Shown piece after piece: positions 57,300 through 64,000 of a DNA stretch of 64,000 nucleotides. Position 1 is the stretch's first letter. Every line of letters begins with the position of its first letter. This stretch comes from Anaeramoeba ignava BMAN (lineage: Eukaryota; Protista; Anaeramoebae). Under the pieces are notes generated by a model. The model worked only from the letters and a program-made list of their open reading frames with translations, had not been told where the DNA came from and ran no database searches. The translations under genes were made by a program, and so were the position numbers. Where the stretch lies: contig JAPDFW010000110.1 in the NCBI GenBank assembly GCA_028826165.1, positions 62,001 to 126,000 of the forward strand, given 5' to 3'.

Positions 57300-59447
57300 T
57301 TAATTTTGATTATTAAATTTGTTAATTAATAAATCAAATAAATTTGGATGAGTTTGATTTAATTGAAAATAATCAATTCCTTTTTTAATTTCATTAATAA
57401 TTTCTTGTGTAATTTCAATTTCTTCTTTAAGTTGATTTGAATAAATCCAATATTCTAATATTTCAAATGCTTCATCACTTAATTCACTATCATAATTAAA
57501 TTGATTGAATTTATCATCTTTGTTTGATAAAAACATTCCTCGAAATAATTTACTTCTCATTATTAATATTAATTTAGGGAATTTATATTGTTTTTCTTTT
57601 CTTTGAATAATAAAATCTTTTTCATTTTCAAATTCAATTAATTCTTTCATTTTTTCTTCAATTGATCCAAATAAATTAAATTCAATTTCAATTTCTTCAT
57701 ATAATTTTGGATTCACTTTGGAATTGTTTGAATAAATTATTTCAAATATTTGATTTGATTCTTGAATTGATTTTTTTGAAATAATTTGTTGAAGTTTTTC
57801 AATTTGATTTTCATCTTGTCCAATTATTGTTTGTAATATTAATTTATGAGCTTCAATTATCTCTCCATTTTGTGTTTTAAATGAAATATTACAAAATTCT
57901 TTTCTTCGAAATAAATTTATCAAATCTTCTTCAAGATTGGAAAAATAAAGAGGAGAATAATAAAGAAATGATTTGTTAAATCCACAAGAAATATGATAAT
58001 TGGGAATATCTTCATTAAATCTTAATTCAGGAAGTTCAATTTCGATTGGAGTTAATTGTTCTTCTCTGTTACCAGTTCCTAATTGACCATATTCATTATT
58101 CCCAAATCCAATAAGTTTTTGATTTGAAGTTAAAATCAAAGTATGATCATGTCCAACAGAAAAATCAAGAATATTATCATTTTCAAATAAAGATGATTTG
58201 ATTTCAGTAAATTCGTAAGTATCTTCAATTTTGCCAAGTCCATTAATTTTATAATATCCACATGAATAAAGTTTTCTTTTTGGATTTTCATTTTCATTTT
58301 CATCTTCAATCAACATTATTGAATGATCAATTCCACATTGAATATCAATTATTTTGCCTTTTGGAATATTTTGGATTTTGATTAATTTATCGGTTTCTTC
58401 TTCTTTTCTTGATTCTCCTAATCCAAGTTGGCCAGAATTATTCCAACCGCATCCAAATAATTCTTGATTTGAATTTAAAAGAAAAACATGAATTGAAGAA
58501 TTTCCTGAAAATATTTTAGAAACATTTTTCATCATTAAAATTGGTTTTTCTGTTGTTTCAAGTGTTTTAGAATCAAAACCAAGTTGGCCATAAAAATTAG
58601 AACCAACTCCATAAGCATTTTGATTTGAAGTTAATAAGTAAATTGAATTAGAACCAGAAACAATATCTTCAATTACTTTATCATTTGCATCTTCAATTAA
58701 TAATGAAATATTCATAAATTCATCTGTTTGCTCCATCACTGTTGATATGAGAATGTCTGTATTTGAATTTTCCATCAAATCTCGAATATCTGCCGATTTG
58801 TTTTGATCTTCAATTAATTCCGAAATGTTGATCAATTCATTTGGATCTTCTTTTGATTCTGGAATATCGACAATTTGGTTTTCATCATTTAATCCTGGAA
58901 TAATTATCAATTCATTTGGATCTTCTTTTGATTCTGGAATATCGACAATTTGGTTTTCATCATTTAATCCTGGAATAATTATCAATTCATTTGGATCTTG
59001 AGGCAACTCTGAAATATTGAGAAATGAATGGTCATCATTCATAAATCCGGAGTATCTCAATAATTGATTTGGATTATTTGGATCGATATCTCTTCCTTTT
59101 GCAAATACTTCTCCTTCTTTTGTTAGTATTGCTTCATTCCAAGAGCCAACACTTACTTTTTGAATATTTTCTTTAATTTGGATTTTTTGAGGATTGAGAT
59201 TTGAGAAGTTTAAATATTCTATTGCTTTTCCATTTTCAAAAAGGAAAATTGTTGAAAATTCTCCTGTTGAAATTTGTTTAATTTCTTGCTTATTTTCATT
59301 TTCATTTTCATTTTCATTTTCATTTTCATTTTCATTTTCAAATTTAAATTCAATTGGTTTTGTTATTTCATCTTCTTCATTAGAGAAAAGTTTTGCGTTT
59401 TTATTTAAACCAAAAAATAAAATTTGGTTATTTTCATCTGTTGCCAT
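57300..59447 (-). CDS. RCC1-repeat + tandem BTB protein with ~110-aa acidic repeat insertion
   Basis: Full ORF; insertion contains an exact 75-nt duplication. Confidence 0.9.
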   Translation of the reverse strand: MATDENNQILFFGLNKNAKLFSNEEDEITKPIEFKFENENENENENENENENKQEIKQISTGEFSTIFLFENGKAIEYLNFSNLNPQKIQIKENIQKVSVGSWNEAILTKEGEVFAKGRDIDPNNPNQLLRYSGFMNDDHSFLNISELPQDPNELIIIPGLNDENQIVDIPESKEDPNELIIIPGLNDENQIVDIPESKEDPNELINISELIEDQNKSADIRDLMENSNTDILISTVMEQTDEFMNISLLIEDANDKVIEDIVSGSNSIYLLTSNQNAYGVGSNFYGQLGFDSKTLETTEKPILMMKNVSKIFSGNSSIHVFLLNSNQELFGCGWNNSGQLGLGESRKEEETDKLIKIQNIPKGKIIDIQCGIDHSIMLIEDENENENPKRKLYSCGYYKINGLGKIEDTYEFTEIKSSLFENDNILDFSVGHDHTLILTSNQKLIGFGNNEYGQLGTGNREEQLTPIEIELPELRFNEDIPNYHISCGFNKSFLYYSPLYFSNLEEDLINLFRRKEFCNISFKTQNGEIIEAHKLILQTIIGQDENQIEKLQQIISKKSIQESNQIFEIIYSNNSKVNPKLYEEIEIEFNLFGSIEEKMKELIEFENEKDFIIQRKEKQYKFPKLILIMRSKLFRGMFLSNKDDKFNQFNYDSELSDEAFEILEYWIYSNQLKEEIEITQEIINEIKKGIDYFQLNQTHPNLFDLLINKFNNQN

Positions 59448-59596
59448 TCCTATTTTTTTGAAAGAAAAAAATGAAAAAATAAAATTTAAAATAAAAAGAG
59501 GAAAAAAGCAAAAATTTTTTAAATAAAAAAGAGGAAAAAAGCAAAAATTTGTTTTTAATTTTTATTCCACTTTTTTAAATGATTTTAATTTTAATT

Positions 59597-61390
59597 TTAA
59601 TTTTGATTTTTATTTTGATTATTAAATTTTTTAATTAATAAATCAAATAAATTTGGATTTGTTTGATTTAATTGAAAATAATCAATTCCTCTTTTAATTT
59701 CATCAATAATTTCTTGTGTAATTTGAATTTCATCTTTAATTTGATTTGAATAAATCCAATATTCAAATATTTGAAATGATTCATTACTTAATTCACTATA
59801 ATCTGTAACTTTATTAGAAGTATCTTCAGTTACAGATAAAAACATTCCTCGATATAATTCACTTCTCATTATTAATATTAATTTAGGAAATTTATATTGT
59901 TTTTCTTTTCTTTCAATTATAAAATCTTTTTCTTTTTCATTTTCAATTAATTCTTTCATTAATTCTTCTATTGATCCAAATAAATTAAAATCAATTTCAA
60001 TTTCTTCATATAATTTTGGATTTATTGTGGATTTGTTTGAATAAATCATTTCGAATATTTGATTTGATTCTTTAATTGATTTTTTTGAAATAATTTCTTG
60101 AAGTTGTTCAATTTGATTTTCATCTTGTCCAATTATTGTTTGTAATATTAATTTATGAGCTTCAATTATTTCTCCATTTTTGGTTTTAAATGAAATATCA
60201 CAAAATTCTTTTCTTTCAAATAATTTTATCAAATCTTCTTCAAGATTGGAAAAAGAAGTAAGAGAAGGAGAATAATAAAGAAATGAATTGTAATATCCAC
60301 AAGAAATATGATAATTGGAAATATTTTCATTAAATCTTAATTTAGGAAGTTCGATTTGAATTGGAGTTAATTCTTCTTCTGAATTTCCAGTTCCTAATTG
60401 ACAATATTCATTATTCCCAAATCCTATTAATTTTGAATTAGAAGTTAAAATCAAAGTATGATAATCTCCAACAGAAAAATCAAGAATATTATCATTTTCA
60501 AATAAAGGTGATTTGATTTCAGTAAATTCATAAGTATCTTCTTCTTTTTCAAGTCCATTAAATTCCCAACTTCCACATGAATAAAGTTTTCTTTTTGGAT
60601 TTTGATTTTCATCTTCAATCAACATTATTGAATGAGAATAAGAACATTGAATATCAATTATTTTACCTTTTGGAATATTTTGGATTTGGGTTAATTTTTG
60701 GATTATTTTTTTTCTTCTTGATTTTCCTAATCCAAGTTGACCAGAATAATTATCACCGAATCCAAATAATTCTTGATTTGAATTTAAAAGAAAAACAAAA
60801 TCTGAATTATTTCCTGAAAATATTTTAGAAACATTTTTCATCATTAAAATTGGTTTTTTGTTGTTTTCAAGTGTTTTAGAATCAAAACCAAGTTGACCAT
60901 CTTCATTTGAACCAATTCCATAAGCATTTTGATTTGAAGTTAATAGATAAATTGAATACTCTCCAGAAACAATATCTTCAATTATTCTATCATTTTTATC
61001 TTCAATTAATGATGAAATATTGATAAATTGATTTGGATTTTCTGAATTAATATCTTTTCCTTTTGCAAATACATTTCCTTCTTTTGTTAAAATAGCTTCA
61101 ATATAAGCGCCAACAGATACTTTTTGAATATTTTCTTCAATTTGGATTTTTGAAGGATTTTGATTTGAATCATTTTCATTTAAATATTCTATTGCTTTTC
61201 CATTTTCAAAAAGGAAAATTGTTGAAAATAAACTTGATGAAATTTGTTTAATTTGTTTTTCATTTTCATTTTCATTTTCATTTTCATTTTCATTTTCAAA
61301 TTTAAATTGAATTGGTTTTTTTATTTTTTTTGGTTTATTTTTGATAAGTTTTGGATTTTCATTTGAACCAAAAAATAAAATTTCATTCAT
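59597..61390 (-). CDS. RCC1-repeat + tandem BTB protein
   Basis: Full ORF with family motifs. Confidence 0.9.
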   Translation of the reverse strand: MNEILFFGSNENPKLIKNKPKKIKKPIQFKFENENENENENENEKQIKQISSSLFSTIFLFENGKAIEYLNENDSNQNPSKIQIEENIQKVSVGAYIEAILTKEGNVFAKGKDINSENPNQFINISSLIEDKNDRIIEDIVSGEYSIYLLTSNQNAYGIGSNEDGQLGFDSKTLENNKKPILMMKNVSKIFSGNNSDFVFLLNSNQELFGFGDNYSGQLGLGKSRRKKIIQKLTQIQNIPKGKIIDIQCSYSHSIMLIEDENQNPKRKLYSCGSWEFNGLEKEEDTYEFTEIKSPLFENDNILDFSVGDYHTLILTSNSKLIGFGNNEYCQLGTGNSEEELTPIQIELPKLRFNENISNYHISCGYYNSFLYYSPSLTSFSNLEEDLIKLFERKEFCDISFKTKNGEIIEAHKLILQTIIGQDENQIEQLQEIISKKSIKESNQIFEMIYSNKSTINPKLYEEIEIDFNLFGSIEELMKELIENEKEKDFIIERKEKQYKFPKLILIMRSELYRGMFLSVTEDTSNKVTDYSELSNESFQIFEYWIYSNQIKDEIQITQEIIDEIKRGIDYFQLNQTNPNLFDLLIKKFNNQNKNQN

Positions 61391-61435
61391 TTTTGAAAAG
61401 AAAAAAAATGAAAAAAATGAAAAATAATTTTAATT

Positions 61436-63244
61436 TCAATTTTGATTTTGATTTTGATTTTGATTTTGATTATTAAATTTGTTAATTAATAAATCAAATA
61501 AATTTGGATTTGTTTGATTTAATTGAAAATAATCAATTCCAATTTCAATTTCATTAATGATTTCTTGTGTAATTTGAATTTCATCTTTAATTTGATTTGA
61601 ATAAATCCAATATTCAAATATTTGAAATGATTTATTACTTAATTCACTATAATCTGTAACCTTATTAGAAGTATCTTCTGTTACAGATAAAAACATTCCT
61701 CGATATAATTCACTTCTCATTATTAATATTAATTTAGGAAATTTATATTGTTTTTCTTTTCTTTCAATAATAAAATCTTTTTCATTTTCATTTTCATTTT
61801 CATTTAAATAAATTCTTTTAATTGTTTCTTCAATTTTTTCATTGGAATTTATAATTTCTTTAATTTCAGAATATAATTTTGGATTTATTATTCTGTTTGA
61901 ATAAATCATTTCAAATATTTGATTTGATTCTTTAATTGATTTATTTGAAATAATTTCTTGAAGTTTTTCAATTTGATTTTCATTTTGATTTAATCTATAT
62001 TTCAATATTAATTTATGAGCTTCAATTATTTCTCCATTTTTGGTTTTAAATGAAATATTACAAAATTCTTTTCTTCTAAATAATTTTATCAAATCTTCTT
62101 CAAGATTGGAAAAAGAAAGAGGAGGATAATAAATAAATGTTCTTTGATATCCACAAGAAATATGATAATTGGAAATATTTTCATTAAATCTTAATTCAGG
62201 AAGTTTAATTTGAATTGGAATTTTTTGATATTTTGTATCTCCAGTTCCTAATTGGCCATATGAATTACTTCCAAATCCAATCAGTTTTTGATTTGAAGTT
62301 AAAATCAAAGTATGATAATCTCCAACAGAAAAATCAAGAATACTATCATCATTTTCAAATAAAGATGATTTGATTTCAGTAAATTCATAAGTTTCTTCAT
62401 CTTTGCCAAGTCCATTAACTTCCCAACTTCCACATGAATAAAGTTTTCTTTTTGGATTTTGATTTTCATTTTCAATCAACATTATTGAATGAGAATAAGA
62501 ACATTGAATATCAATTATTTTACCTTTTGGAATATTTTGGATTTGGGTTAATTTTTGGATTTTTATTTCTTCTTTTCTTGATTCTCCTAATCCAAGTTGA
62601 CCATGATCATTATATCCGCATCCAAATAATTCTTGATTTGAATTTAAAAGAAAAACATGATTTGAAGAATTTCCTGTAAATATTTTAGAAACATTTTTCA
62701 TCATTAAAATTGGTTTTTCTGTTATATCAACTAAATATAAACCAAGTTGACCAGAATAATTTGAACCAATTCCATAAACATTATGATTTGAAGTTAATAA
62801 GTAAATTGAATTAGATCCAGAAACAATATCTTCAATTATTCTATCATTTGCATCTTCAATTAATGATGAAATATTGATAAATTGATTTGGATTTTCTGAA
62901 TTAATATATCTTCCTTTTGCAAATACATTTCCTTCTTTTGTTAAAATAGCTTCAATATAAGCGCCAACAGTTACTTTTTGAATATTTTCTTCAATTTGTA
63001 TTTTTTCAGGATTTTGTTTTGAATCTTTTTCTCGTAAGTATTCTATTGCTTTTCCATTTTTAAAAAGGAAAATTGTTGAAAAATAACCTGTTGAAATTTG
63101 TTTAATTTGTTTTTCATTTTCATTTTCGTTTTCATTTTCATTTTCATTTTCAAATTTAAATTGAATTGGTTTTTTTATTTCATTTGGTTTATTTTTTATA
63201 AGTTTTGGATTTTCATTTGAACCAAAAAATAAAATTTCATTCAT
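61436..63244 (-). CDS. RCC1-repeat + tandem BTB protein
   Basis: Full ORF with family motifs. Confidence 0.9.
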   Translation of the reverse strand: MNEILFFGSNENPKLIKNKPNEIKKPIQFKFENENENENENENEKQIKQISTGYFSTIFLFKNGKAIEYLREKDSKQNPEKIQIEENIQKVTVGAYIEAILTKEGNVFAKGRYINSENPNQFINISSLIEDANDRIIEDIVSGSNSIYLLTSNHNVYGIGSNYSGQLGLYLVDITEKPILMMKNVSKIFTGNSSNHVFLLNSNQELFGCGYNDHGQLGLGESRKEEIKIQKLTQIQNIPKGKIIDIQCSYSHSIMLIENENQNPKRKLYSCGSWEVNGLGKDEETYEFTEIKSSLFENDDSILDFSVGDYHTLILTSNQKLIGFGSNSYGQLGTGDTKYQKIPIQIKLPELRFNENISNYHISCGYQRTFIYYPPLSFSNLEEDLIKLFRRKEFCNISFKTKNGEIIEAHKLILKYRLNQNENQIEKLQEIISNKSIKESNQIFEMIYSNRIINPKLYSEIKEIINSNEKIEETIKRIYLNENENENEKDFIIERKEKQYKFPKLILIMRSELYRGMFLSVTEDTSNKVTDYSELSNKSFQIFEYWIYSNQIKDEIQITQEIINEIEIGIDYFQLNQTNPNLFDLLINKFNNQNQNQNQNQN

Positions 63245-63315
63245 TTTTGAAAAGAAAAAAAATGAAAAAAATGAAAAAAATAATTTTAATTTTGATTTTA
63301 ATTTTAATTTTAATT

Positions 63316-64000
63316 TTAATTATTAAATTTGTTAATTAATAAATCAAATAAATTTGGATTTGTTTGATTTAATTGAAAATAATCAATTCCAATTTCAATT
63401 TCATTAATTATTTCTTGTGTAATTTCAATTTCATCTTTAATTTGATTTGAATAAATCCAATATTCAATTATTTGAAATGATTTATTACTTAATTCACTAT
63501 AATCTGTAACCTTATTAGAAGTATCTTCAGTTACAGATAAAAACATTCCTCGATATAATTCACTTCTCATTATTAATATTAATTTAGGAAATTTATATTG
63601 TTTTTCTTTTCTTTCAATTATAAAATCTTTTTCATTTTCATTTTCATTTAAATAAATTCTTTTCATTGTTTCTTCAATTTTTTCATTGGAATTTATAATT
63701 TCTTTAATTTCAGAATATAATATTGGATTTATTATTCTGTTTGAATAAATCATTTCAAATATTTGATTTGATTCTTTAATTGATTTTTTTGAAATAATTT
63801 CTTGAAGTTTTTCAATTTGATTTTCATTTTGATTTAATCTATATTTCAATATTAATTTATGAGCTTCAATTATTTCTCCATTTTCGGTTTTAAATGAAAT
63901 GTTACAAAATTCTTTTCTTCTAAATAATTTTATCAGATCTTCTTCAAGATTGGAAAAAGGAGAAGGAGAATAATAAAGAAATGATTTGAAATCTCCACAA
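63316..64000 (-). CDS. RCC1-repeat + tandem BTB protein, 3' part (5' end beyond window)
   Basis: CGDFKSFLYYSPSPFSNLEEDL...RSELYRGMF... open to the window edge. Confidence 0.88.
   Translation of the reverse strand, partial: CGDFKSFLYYSPSPFSNLEEDLIKLFRRKEFCNISFKTENGEIIEAHKLILKYRLNQNENQIEKLQEIISKKSIKESNQIFEMIYSNRIINPILYSEIKEIINSNEKIEETMKRIYLNENENEKDFIIERKEKQYKFPKLILIMRSELYRGMFLSVTEDTSNKVTDYSELSNKSFQIIEYWIYSNQIKDEIEITQEIINEIEIGIDYFQLNQTNPNLFDLLINKFNN

Noticed and set aside
45793-64000. Diversity-generating retroelement as the source of RCC1 variability
   Set aside because: No reverse transcriptase or template repeat in the window, and substitutions are not confined to adenines
1-64000. Alternative genetic code (TAA/TAG=Gln)
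   Set aside because: TAA, TAG and TGA all terminate conserved proteins at expected positions and long ORFs are free of in-frame stops; ORF breaks are introns or frameshifts
1-64000. Transposons, tRNA or rRNA genes
   Set aside because: No transposase/RT ORFs, terminal repeats or GC-richer structured RNA segments recognised by eye; a tRNAscan/Infernal run would be needed to exclude small ncRNAs

Overview
Very AT-rich, gene-dense eukaryotic (protist) DNA using the standard genetic code, with GT-AG spliceosomal introns and many intergenic gaps of only ~45-230 bp. Gene content and style resemble an anaerobic metamonad such as Anaeramoeba; this is inference, not a database result. The left ~45 kb holds mostly single-copy genes: PAS-like protein, IscA1, LRR-TKL kinase, TMEM53/DUF829, a divergent SMC2-like protein, eIF5, ARMC8, Kelch-BTB, Ank-BTB, a 2-phosphoglycerate-kinase/LPA1-like NTPase, ACAP ArfGAP, an ARM-RCC1-BTB fusion, BirA, an SMG7/Est1-like protein and a BRCT-eIF2B-beta fusion. 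Nine introns are inflated to 0.45-2.6 kb by intron-specific AT satellites. The right ~18 kb is a tandem array of 8 intronless RCC1-BTB-BTB genes and 2 BTB-BACK-TLDc genes. The most notable signal is a candidate diversifying receptor/E3-adaptor system. Near-constant BTB modules are joined to RCC1 propellers whose variation sits in short aromatic-rich loop positions and is shuffled between paralogs. Two otherwise near-identical TLDc genes differ by a swapped cassette, and an ARM array has one symmetric exon per repeat. Other oddities are A-tract (AAG) splice acceptors, AG-free intronic satellites, a tandem TCATTTT initiator-like motif, and several +1 frame breaks in otherwise intact genes that may be consensus errors.
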